Shown here in pieces: positions 52,670-64,000 of a stretch of 64,000 nt of DNA. The notes under the pieces were generated by a model. The model worked only from the letters and a program-made list of their open reading frames with translations. It had not been told where the DNA came from and searched no databases. Numbering within the stretch: position 1 is the first letter of the stretch; each line of letters opens with the position of its first letter. This DNA comes from Eledone cirrhosa (lineage: Eukaryota), in assembly GCA_964016885.1 (NCBI GenBank), contig OZ024741.1, positions 311,488,001 to 311,552,000 on the forward strand, read 5' to 3'. Made by a program: the position numbers and the translations under genes.

Positions 52670-52804
52670 CTTGTTGGCAATTGTCACCAATATAACCTGC
52701 AGCACATCCATCTAAACATGTTCCATTAGTCATGTCACAGTTATTATTGTTGATACAATGGCATTTCCCAATACAACCCAAACCATACCTTCCTACTGGG
52801 CATT
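52670..52804 (-). CDS. EGF-module exon (135 nt)
   Basis: AG/GT intact. Encodes ECPVGRYGLGCIGKCHCINNNNCDMTNGTCLDGCAAGYIGDNCQQG. Confidence 0.88.
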
Positions 52805-53124
52805 CTAAAAATATAAATATATATGATAATGTTGAAGATATCATTAATTACGAACAGATATCAATGATACAATTTTACATCAAATTTTAAGATTAAAGAT
52901 TTCTTGTGTTAAACAAATGAACTTAATATACATGGATTGTTAGTTCATTTAAATGCAATGTTGCAAACATTGTGAAAGAAACAAACAATATCATAAGTAA
53001 CATAACATATATAATTCTTCCAAATCTTACCATATTCTAACAGTGACTACGATATGTAATTGCGAGATTCTTACATTTAAATAAACACACACAAACACAC
53101 ACTCATAGATATATATATATATAT

Positions 53125-53305
53125 AATTGTTTCTACTTTAGGCACAAGATCAGCAATTACCCAGTGCATTACTGGTTCTTTATTTTATCGACCCCGTAAG
53201 GATGAAAAGCAAAGTCAACCTCGGCGGGATTTGAACTCAGACCGTAAAGGGACGTAACTATGCTGGAAAGCATGGCGTCCGACCCTCTACCGATACTGCC
53301 AATCC
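53125..53305 (-). mobile_element. tRNA-derived SINE
   Basis: Same family as 33449-33636. Confidence 0.85.
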
Positions 53306-53339
53306 TGCATACATATACACATACACACACACATACATA

Positions 53340-56300
53340 GATACATTCATACAGACATACCTACATAAAAAAACAAATAATGAAATATTACGTGTTATTG
53401 ACGAAATAGGGGTAGAATATTTACGACGGATAAAAACCCCACATTTTGGCAAATCAACGCCTGTTTATATGCCTTAGCAACGACAGTGAAGCATTATCTT
53501 TGTGATAGCAGAGATATTAACAGGAACAAGACGATGTTTGGTAACAGTAGAACCAGAACTCTCCAATATAAGTTGATGACCCTCAATCAAGAATTGACAG
53601 TGTTAGCTAAAAACGCCGATACCTGAAGAAGGTAGATGAGAGAAAAGTGCTTAATAAAAGATTCAGACGAAACCAAACATCAGTCTATAGAGAAATGAAG
53701 GACAAATTAATAAGTGTCATTGAGGCCCCATCCCAGAAAGACATAGATTCCTTTTGGAGCAAAATATGAGGTGAAAAGAAGAATTTCAACCGAGATGCAG
53801 TGTGGTTAAGAGAAATCCAAACGATCTATTGCTCCTACACTACAACAAAACATACGAAATAAGTGAGGGTACCCTTGAGACTGTGATAGGAAAACTCCAA
53901 GATAAGGAAATACCAGGAAGAGACATGATTGTCGGCTACTGGTACAAAAAACTGATATTCTACCGAAGGTATCTTGAACTTGTTGGTAGATCTCTACCAA
54001 CAAGTTCTTAAGGGAGATATACTTATACCAGAATGTTTGACATTAGCACAAACATTACTGGTCTCCATAAACAAAGACACCCACTTGCCAAACAACTGCC
54101 CACCCATTGCATGCCAGAACCTGATGTATGAGATATATACAGCCTGCCTGAACCTATTCCTCCAAGCTCACTGTGAAAATAATAACATCATCACAGATGA
54201 ACAAGCAGCTGGAAGGAAAGGGGTTTGGGGATGTGCTAAACAACTCCTAATCAACAAAACTGCGATGTCGGAGGTGCGACAACTTAGGAGCAATATGGCT
54301 AAGTCTGGCTGGACTACAGGAAAGCTTTCGATTCTGTTCCACACTCTTGGATGATACAGACCCTCCAACTTGATAAAGTCCCAGACATTTTTGTCAGAGC
54401 CATAGAGAGGCTGTCTCCTTCTTGGGCTACTATCCTAAGGTTAAAGACAGAGAGAGAGAGAGGGGGGGGCTATATTTTCACTAATAAAATAAAATATTGC
54501 AGGGGTATATTTCAGGTGGACAGTCTCTCTGTGATATTATTCATCTGGTCATTAGACCCCTTGTCCTTTCTGCTCAAGAAATGTGAGGGATAGATCATTG
54601 GCCTAACTGTTTCACCGATATCTGATGAGGACTGCTACAGATACTTGGGGATAGATGAGAACATATCCTATAATGGTATCTGTAATAAAGAACGCGTAAT
54701 CAGGGAATACTACACCCGATTAAGAAAGATCTGGGCATCGTAACTCTCTGCGCAAAACAAAACAGTGGCTCACAATGTGTTTGCTGTGCCTCTCCTAACA
54801 CCAACGTTTGGAATACTCAATTGACATTAGCACAAACAATACTGGTCCCCAAGAACAGATACACCCACCTGGCAAAAATCACCCGACCCATTGCATGTCA
54901 GAACATTATGCATAAGGTGTATATAGCCTGCCTGAACCTATTCCTCCAAGATCCCTGTAAAAATAATCACATCATCGCATATGAACTAGCAGCCGGAAAG
55001 AAAGGGGTTTTGGGGTGCGTTGAACAATTCCTACTCAACAAAACAGCGATGTAGGAGGTGCGACAACTTAGGAGGAATATGGCTACAGTCTGGCTGGACT
55101 ACAGGAAAGCTTTCGATTCTGCTCCTTCTTCTTGGGCTACTATCTTAAAGTTAATGACAGAGAAGGAGGACTCTATTTTCACTGATAAAATAGAATATCA
55201 CAGAGGTATATTTCAAGAAGACAGTCTGTCTGTGATATTATTTATCCTGTCATTAAACCTCTTGTCTTTTCTGCTCAAGAAATGCGAAAGATCCATCATT
55301 GCCTCAGAGGAGGACAGAAACATGAAAAATCTTCACCTGGTTACAACTTTCTCAAAGGATATAGGAATGGAGTTTGGTCAAGATAAATGTTCATATATGA
55401 CCGTAAAGTATGGAAAAACAACAACCCAATACAGCAGCATTGACATCAATGGCCTAACTGTTTCACCTATATATGATGAGAAATGTTACAGATACCTGGG
55501 GATAGATGAGAACAACATATACTGTTATCTGTAATAAGGTACGTGAAACCAGGGAATATTACACCAGAGTAAGTAACATATGGTCATCGGAACTCCCTGC
55601 GCACAATAAACCAATGGCTCACAATGTGTTTGCTGTGTCTGTCCTAACACCAACGTTTGGAATACTCAACAGGATAATAGACGAAATCCGAGCAATTGAT
55701 GTTAGAACTCGAAAAATACTAAACAACATCGGAAACTTTCACATCAACACGGACATAGACCGCCTTTACTTGAAACGTAAGCAGGGAGGCAGAGGCCTAA
55801 CATCAGTCCAGACAGCATTTGAAGGTCGCATCATATATCCCTCCGACAACATCTACGAACCTCGAAGCGTAGGAGCCAGTCTCTCAGGCAAGTTTGTCTG
55901 CATGAAACAGATAAGATCATGAGAGTTGGGAAGGAACGCCTCGAAAGATATTCCCTGTGTTATAATGAGAAACTCACACACACGGAAGTCTCTAAGCAGT
56001 ATCACAGCGAATCCATGGATGAAAAACTGCATGCTTATCAGCAAAAAATCATGCATGAATATGTTGCCAGGAAGCTACAGAAGGAGAGTAATATAGATAA
56101 ACAAAGTATTCTCTCTTGGATCAACACCGTTATATTGGCTACCATTTTGAAGAACAAGCTTTTGTAATCCAAGAACAGGAAATCAACTCGAAAAGAGATA
56201 GGGATGCAGGTAAAACACCTAGATGTGATAACGAGTACAGCCTCTGCAGAATTAACATCGAAGATGTCACCCGTCTCATAAGCAGCTGTCCAAAGATGTC

Positions 56301-57065
56301 ATCGCGGTACTATCTACCTATGAGGCATGATGTAGTGGCCAAAGCACTGTACAATGCAATCCGTAGAAAAGATAGCCCCGATAATAAACACATCAAAAGC
56401 TACACACAATGTGGACGACATACATATACATAATATGAAAGAATACTGGTGGAATGTTCTTGTAAAAACCCCAATAAAATGCAGGCATAACAGACCAGAT
56501 GTAATGATATTGGACTGGGAAAAGAAAACAGTCACTGTAATGGAAGTTAGTTGCCGGCAGATGCCAATATAATATCAAAGATTAGCAAAAAGGAGAATAT
56601 TTATGCAGAACTAATGAGAAATCTGCTAATACTCCACACTGATTATACCTTCAGATATATGCCTGTGATTATTGGGACACTGGGATATGTTAGTAACAGC
56701 CTCAATACAAATCTTGGGAAGCTGGGCTTCACAGGAATAGAAAGAACACAACTAGTTAGGAAATTACAAGTACAATCCATTAAAGCAACAGTAAAAATAT
56801 GTAAAACATTCGAAAAACTTTGAATCTAATAACTGCATACCCGCATGTAAAGATACAAAGCCTATAGACATGCACACACATACAACTCAAAACATACACA
56901 TCCACACATACAATAACATCCATACTTACACATGCATGCAGACATGCATACATATTTAACTGGTTGCTGTTGTGTAAATTCCAATGAGAGAGTCTTGTAA
57001 CTATGTTAGAAACCGCCTCTCTCTCTATTGGCAAACATTTGTGAAATTATAAAACCAGAAGAACA
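53340..57065 (+). mobile_element. Decayed R4-like RLE LINE, chimeric with an internal repeat junction at about 54820
   Basis: PGRDMIVGYWYKKL, RT motifs present twice, DIDRLYLKRKQGGRGL, RHDVVAK and HNRPD..EVSC. Bounded by CATA/TA repeats. Confidence 0.88.
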
Positions 57066-59943
57066 TACATATATATATATATATCTAAACTATAATAAAT
57101 AAGGCTGCGGAACTGCGTACGGTTTATTTCTGTTAATCCTCTTAGTAAAATAAGTTGGATTACTTTGTATAAATAATGAATGAATATTACATAATTTATG
57201 TCCTAAAAACATAACTAATTTAAAATTGACTTCTTTTCAAATGTTCATTTGCATTTCTACACTTCCTGTATAGCGTTGCCACCAACACTACTTCAACTAC
57301 CATATATATAGAAAGAGAGAGCGTGTGATGAGAGAGATAGAGAGATTATGATTTTCTACACGCTGATGCGTATGAGTGTGCACATACATACATTTATATG
57401 TATGAGTATATAACTATTGAGAGTATATAATTATAATCGCGCAAACACAATCTTATGAAAAATACACGCTCACATGCATTCACATAAATACACATACATT
57501 CACACCTACTTTCACACAAACATACATACATTCACACATATGCATTTACACAAACACACACAAACAATCATGATAGCAACGTTCAGTGAAATGGAAATGT
57601 GAGGGTAAAACAAGTATAACGTTTTATTTATTCATTAACACTTTACTTATTTATTAACTCATTTAATATAATGGTTACAGAACGAAAACACTAACAAATA
57701 CAAATTTTTCTACTTTAACCAGTTTATTACTTCATCGACCTCGTAAGAATGAAAGGCAAAGTTAACCTCGGTGGGAATTGAACTCAGATCATAAAGGGTC
57801 GTAACTCTATGCTGCAAAGCGTAGCATCCGACCATTTACCGATACTGCCAATTTTATATAATATATACAAAGGAAAGGGAAAGGAAAATAAGAAAGAGAA
57901 AAATTACACAAGCAGGTAATACACACATTTTAGACCACATAGAACAAAATGCAGGCGAAAGAGAGGAAAAATGAGCCCCTACCAGAGCAAAAAATAGCAT
58001 TATAGCGAGGAGCACTGGGAAACCACTCTAATAATTTTTGAGACAGGCCACCACGCTCGCGCCGTTACCTGGCGTGATCGCGACTGAGGTGCTGGAACAT
58101 ACAAGTGCTCTAACGAGCATCACTAGTTACTTCTGTTTGGCGAGCCGCCAGTGAAGATAAGAATCTCGCTGTCAGTAGCCAGACTCACCCAAATCTCGAA
58201 CGCCACAGGCACGATAATGTATTTAGCTGACAGAACACAATATTTTAGGATTTTGTACCGTTCAGTTGCAGATGTTGTAGCTCTCGCCCTTACCGCATCC
58301 AATATGTGGGAAGAAGCAAAACAGTCAATAACTGTGACGTCCCAGGTAAGGCAACTGCCTCATTACCAGGAGCAGAGAGTAAGACAGTCAGTTCTTTTCC
58401 CATCAATTCAGGACAACCCAGATGGTTCCAAAATTGATGGGATGTTTGCCCGGGCCAAAGCTCTAAAGTGGTAAGAGTATAGTGTATGTATGTGCGCGAG
58501 CGTTCTTAAAGTAGAGACACGTGTGTATGAGTCACTCTTTTTAAGTTAGACATATATATGTGTTTATCACTTTCCTTCCTTTTACACACACATACATTCA
58601 CACAAAAACACAAACACATTGCCCGATGGACGGTTGGACAGATGTCCCTCAAATTTATATACATGTGAATGGAGTTCTACTGAAGCAGTTAGAGAAATCC
58701 AAGTATCTTGGAGCCGTGTTTATAAGTGATGGAATGCAGGAGGCTGAAATAAATGCAAGAATTGCCAAAGCTGATGCAGTAATGCGCCAGCCTCAACATT
58801 CAGCAATCAGATGAATTGGGTAGGTGTAAAAGCCAAACTCGATGTCTTCCTGGTATTCCTGCCAACTCTTACTGAGGATCATGAATCTGGAGTAATGACC
58901 AAAAGAATTGCAAATAAAAGTGGCAGAAATGGGATTCCTCCGAAGGGTCTTTGGTGTAACGTTACTCGGTAAAGTGCATAGCTCATAGACCAGATAGTTA
59001 ATCCTAGTAGAGCCGCTACCTCTCTGAATTGAGAGAGCACAACTCCGATATTATGAGCATGTGGTTAGAATGTCTCAGTAACGAATCGCTGACACATTTT
59101 ACAGGCAAAACCAACCGGCAAGAGACCCAGAGGGAGACCTTAAGCAAGATAGTTGGATAACATCCATGAGCTTGGCTGCTCACGCTTTGGGATCCAGTTG
59201 AACCGGTTAGAGATGTTAACTACGGACAGCTTCGCTGGAAAGGAGTGTTTTAGATGGGCTCTGCCTCCACGACCCTCTCAGAAATAAGTGGGTGATGAAG
59301 AAGATATTTTCAATTTACCTTTCAATTTACGTATATCTATGTGCATATATATTTGAGTATAATACCAATATGCACACTACATATGCTAGCAGAAAACCAA
59401 CATTGGGGCGGTTTTTCTGCTGGTTTATATAATGTTAGTATTAATATTATCGTTATAATATTAATGGTATACTGATTCACTGAATTATCTAAACTATCGG
59501 AAAAACTACGGTAATTTATCCACAAAACAAAACAGGCCGAAAGGAAAAAATATATCGCCCTGTAATGCTGATACACAGAGGATTAGGAATATTTAGGTTT
59601 TTGAAAATTACCGAGTATCAAGTCACGGTGTGGTAGCATGTTGTTTACTTATAAAACAGTTCACTTATATCATTTTGTTAACTGAAAATTAAATTTTACA
59701 AATTGTACTTTGCACACATGCATTTTTATTTTACAACCATTTAGTATTTCCATGTTTTATATTTTATGCAAATAAACAACAGCAAGCATATCTACAGCTG
59801 GAGAGATGGTAATGTCTTATATTTGGGGTGTCGTCTCAACCGGCGTATATAGGCCTAAACCTGAATTACACCACAGCATTTGATGGGTCGACCTATGCAG
59901 CGGATCAACTTTCACACCGGCAAATACGATTTATATATAAATG

Positions 59944-60006
<63 letters not shown>

Positions 60007-60401
60007 GTACATATGGGTGAGGGGGGAGGGGTATGTATGTGTGTTTGTGTGTATATAGTAAGTACGTAACAATGTTATGCTGTTGTTCAACATATCATTC
60101 ATTACATAGAGATATCAATGGTACGATTTTATACCAAATTTTAAGATTAAATTGGTCTTGTGATAAACAAATACACTTGTACATTTATTGAATATTGTAT
60201 CGATCGTCTATAAAATATACATGGATTTTTATTTCAGTTAAATGCAATGTTAAAAAACATTATGAAAGAAACAAACTATATGATACGTAAAATGACATTT
60301 ATAATCCTTCCAAATCATATCATATTCTAACAGTTACAACGATATGTAATAACGACATTCTAACATTTATATAAACACACACATAAACCCACACATATAT
60401 A

Positions 60402-60470
<69 letters not shown>

Positions 60471-60583
60471 TGTATATATATAAATGCTTACATACACACA
60501 TACACACGTACAAATATACATACATACACACATACAAATACACACACATATGTATATATATATGTATAAACATATATATATAT

Positions 60584-60790
60584 AGTTTTAATATAGATGA
60601 GATTCTACAGGACTAGAACTGTTTCATTCTTTAGAGATCATCAGGAATCTCTGAGATTCCTGATGATTTCTAAAGAATGAAACAGTTCTAGTCCTGTAGA
60701 ATCTCATCTATATTAAAACTGTTATACTCTGCAATGTATTGAGTACCTTACTTACTGTGGTTACCTCCGACTCAACCCGGAATAACGTAT
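60584..60790 (+). mobile_element. Young fold-back mini-element (family B) in (TA)n
   Basis: 68-bp arms at 60584-60651 and 60653-60720 with a single mismatch, followed by a 70-bp unique tail. Confidence 0.85.
60653..60705 (+). ncRNA. Apparently intact type I hammerhead ribozyme, with a mirror copy on the minus strand at 60599-60651
   Basis: gagattc-CTGATGA-tttctaaagaat-GAAA-cag ttctagtc ctg-TA-gaatctc, with a 7-bp stem I, ttct/agaa stem II, ACAG/CTGT stem III and a GUA cleavage triplet. Confidence 0.8.
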
Positions 60791-60969
60791 ATATATATAA
60801 ATTAATAAAAACAAAGAAACAGTTCCTTATATTAAAACATTCATCATTTTACGATCGTTTCTAGGATATATATGTGTGTGTTGGTATGTATATCATATAG
60901 ATCCATGTAATAATTTTACAAACTATCAGAGGGAATATACATACCTACACATATATATGCTGTTTTCAG

Positions 60970-61012
<43 letters not shown>

Positions 61013-61029
61013 TATAACTTATAACCATT

Positions 61030-62170
61030 AATTAACTTATAACCATTTTGTTGAGAGCTTAATTTTGTTTTGTGATGTTTTGCATTCTTGCAATAATATA
61101 CACATACTGAATTCATCCGCCTAAAATAAGGGTTGCCTCCCTAGCCGAGCCCCACGTGGGGTCGGTAACGGTCATTCCTCAAATTAGCACTCGAACTAAA
61201 ACCTGTTGAAAAAGTGGCTTCCTTTTTCACTCATCTTACCAGAAGCCTAACATTATTTGTGTAAGCGGACAGTACTTGATTTAGGAGTCGCAGAAACCCA
61301 AATGCTGGATTTTACCAACCATCCAAGGGTCCGGGTAAATTTTTTAATTCACACATATTTTTATTTGTTTGACCCGAATTACTTCGTCGTTTTTATGGCT
61401 ATGCGGATGATTGCTTAACCATCGTCTCAGTGTATTTTGCCTTTAACGTATGTTGTAGCTCTAGTTCATCTGAATCATTGAGCGCTTGCCACACACCTCC
61501 GAAGTTGTTTTTCGTTAATCCCTAAGCCGAAATACGATTCTCGCTAATTTATATTTGTATTAATCTCCAGAGTCTAGCTATTGACCAGTTAATTTTCTTG
61601 ATTTTTTTAGTTGATTCTATTGACTGATGAATAGCTTATGTTAACTCATAACCATTCTGTTGAGAGCTTAATTTCGTTTTGTGATGTTTTGCATTCTTGC
61701 AATAATATACACATACTGAATTCATCCGCCTAAAATAATGGTTGCCTCCCTTCCCGAGCCCCACGTGGGGTCGGTAACGGTCATTCCTCAAATTAGCACT
61801 CGAACTAAAAGCTGTTGAAAAAGTGGCTTCCTTGTTCAATTATCTTACCAGAAGCCTAACATTATTTGTGTAAGCAGACACTACTTGATTTAGGAGTCGC
61901 AGAAACCCAAATGCTGGATTTTACCAACCATTCAGGGGTCAGGGTAAATTTTTTCAATCACATATATTTTTATTTGTTTGACCCAAATTACTTGATTGTT
62001 TTTATGGCTATGCGGATGATTGTTTAACCATCGTCTCAGTGTGTTTGGCCTTTAACGTATGTGTTAGCTCTGGTTCATCTGAATCATTGAGCGCTTGCCA
62101 CACTTCTCGGTAGTTGTTTTTCGTTAATTCCTAACCTAAGCCGAAATACGATTCTCGCTAATTTATATTT
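61030..62170. repeat. Tandem duplication with a period of about 610 bp, unclassified repeat
   Basis: 61030-61570 matches 61640-62170. Absent from the paralogous block A intron. Confidence 0.85.
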
Positions 62171-62605
62171 ATATACATATATATATATATAGAGAGAGAG
62201 AGTCTGAGACATAGAGAGAGAGAAAATTAAAATAGCTTTATACATATGAGTATGTGTAGTTTGGATATCTTGCAATATGTGATATGTTTAGGTATAATAA
62301 TAATAAATAATTATAGGGTGTAAATATCACGTTTAATATAGACATAGGTTCTACAGTACTAGAACTATTTCATTCAAAAGTAATCATCAGAAAATCCGTT
62401 TAATGATGATTTCTTTGAAAGTAACTATTCTAGGCCAGTAGAAGCGATTTATATTAAACATTATATTTGCACACAGACACATATACACTCAGACACCCAA
62501 CCCCCTCTCCACACACACATATGCACACGCACGCACAATTAGATATGTTTTTGCGCGCGCGCGCGACTGTGTGTAAAGTAAATAAATAACAAGTTTATGA
62601 TATAC

Positions 62606-62740
62606 CTTCTTGACAACTCTCGCCACTATAACCTGTAGCACATCCATCGGAACATCTTCCTTTAATCACGTCACAGTTATTATTGTTGATACAATGGCAT
62701 TCCCCAATACAACCCAAACCATAACTTCCTACTGGGCATT
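62606..62740 (-). CDS. EGF-module exon (135 nt), the most 5' exon of the array in this window
   Basis: TTTTAG|..|GTATAT splice sites. Encodes ECPVGSYGLGCIGECHCINNNNCDVIKGRCSDGCATGYSGESCQEG. Confidence 0.88.
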
Positions 62741-63102
62741 CTAAAAATATAAATATATATGATAATGTTGAAGATTTTCTTTAATTACATACAGATATCA
62801 ATGATACAATTTTATATCAAATTTTAAGATTAAAGTGGTCTTGTGATAAACATATGGAATTGTATATTTATTGAATATTATATCGATCCTCAATAAAATA
62901 TACATGGATTTTTAGTTCAGTTAAATGCAAAGTTGGAAAAATTTTGAAAGTAATAAACAATATCATAAGTAAAATAACATATATAAACCTTCCAAATCTT
63001 ACCATATTCTACCAGTTACTACGATATGTAATTGCAAGATTCTTACATTTAAATAAACACACAAAAACACACACTCATATATATATATGTTCTTTGCCAG
63101 GT

Positions 63103-63259
63103 AACGTTGCCAGGAACCAAAGTATCGTCTTCCTGACTTCCTCCGGTTGCAATGTTTTTTGAAATATTCACTTCTGCGTTTACAGATTGACTTTGTCAGT
63201 TTCAGAAGATCCCGGTAAGGGTGAAAGCAGCGATTCTTTGCTTAAACTTTAATCTGTTA

Positions 63260-63292
<33 letters not shown>

Positions 63293-64000
63293 CTGTTATT
63301 TTAATAAATAAATATATATATATATATTTATTAAAATAACAGATTAAAGTTTAAGCAAAGAATCGCTGCTTTCACCCTTAACGGGATCTTCTGAAACTAA
63401 CAAAGTCAATCTGTAAACGCAGAAGTGGATATTTCAAAAAACGTTGCAACAGGAGGAAGACAGGAAGACGATACTTTGGTTCGTGGAAACGTTCGCTATG
63501 CAAATAAGTAATGGTATAAACAAAACATATACTTAGCTCCCACATCAAGACGTAAAATATCCACGTATAGATCGTACTATCCGTTAGGGTATAACGTGGG
63601 GCTGTAATACAGGAAAGTTTTGTGCAATTTATGTTTACAAGACGAAATTGCCTCAGATATTTTGTTTAACATGTGGTCTGTGGCGTAGAGTATTTCCAGG
63701 GCCTCAGCGGCGCAGAGGTCACATAGTCTTTTATTTCCGTTATACGATCTAGCCCTAGCTAAGATCTCCCAGTGTAACTAATATTGGGTGTGGGTGTCTT
63801 TTAGACTCCTGATATAAGCTGAAAGTGACGTCATATTCCTTCTTAGAGGGTAACGAAAAGAATGGGTTTGCGTGTAAAGACGCTGCTTGAATCGATTGGC
63901 GGTTAACCCTATGTAGGATCCTATGGGACGTGGGTGTTACAACCTTACATTTGTACACAATGTTACTAGAGAGGCATTTCCCGGATAGGGGGCAATCAAC
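63103..64000 (-). mobile_element. Penelope-like element 3' end (GIY-YIG) with a tail-to-tail inverted terminal copy across (TA)n
   Basis: Minus strand: CPLSGKCLSSNIVYKCKV..YIGLTANRFKQR..LSAYI..CDLCAAE..LNK..CKH. 63103-63266 is inverted relative to 63329-63493. Confidence 0.85.

Overview
AT-rich, microsatellite-saturated animal genomic DNA. The repeat content (tRNA-derived SINEs, (TA)n/(CA)n/(CATA)n tracts) suggests a cephalopod such as Octopus, which is an inference. Most of the window is transposon-derived: a decayed L1/Tx1 LINE, at least six decayed Penelope-like elements (PLEs; GIY-YIG, probably Naiad type), many with hammerhead ribozyme (HHR) motifs and inverted terminal segments, RTE/RTE-X and CRE fragments, Helitrons and SINEs. 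One apparently full-length R4/Dong-clade LINE (1130 aa ORF with RT and RLE) sits in a (TAA)n tract, and a second R4-like family is repeatedly found in (CATA)n. The main host gene is on the minus strand and was largely missed by the ORF track. It is an array of symmetric phase 1-1 exons of 132-135 nt, each encoding one 8-Cys EGF module of the MEGF10/Draper/SCARF type. Seven are intact, two are pseudo-exons and one is cleanly deleted, all within tandem and segmental duplications. The most unusual pattern is a set of about 200-600 bp fold-back mini-elements in (TA)n, whose palindrome is centred on or next to a hammerhead ribozyme. Repeat boundaries were placed by eye and are approximate.
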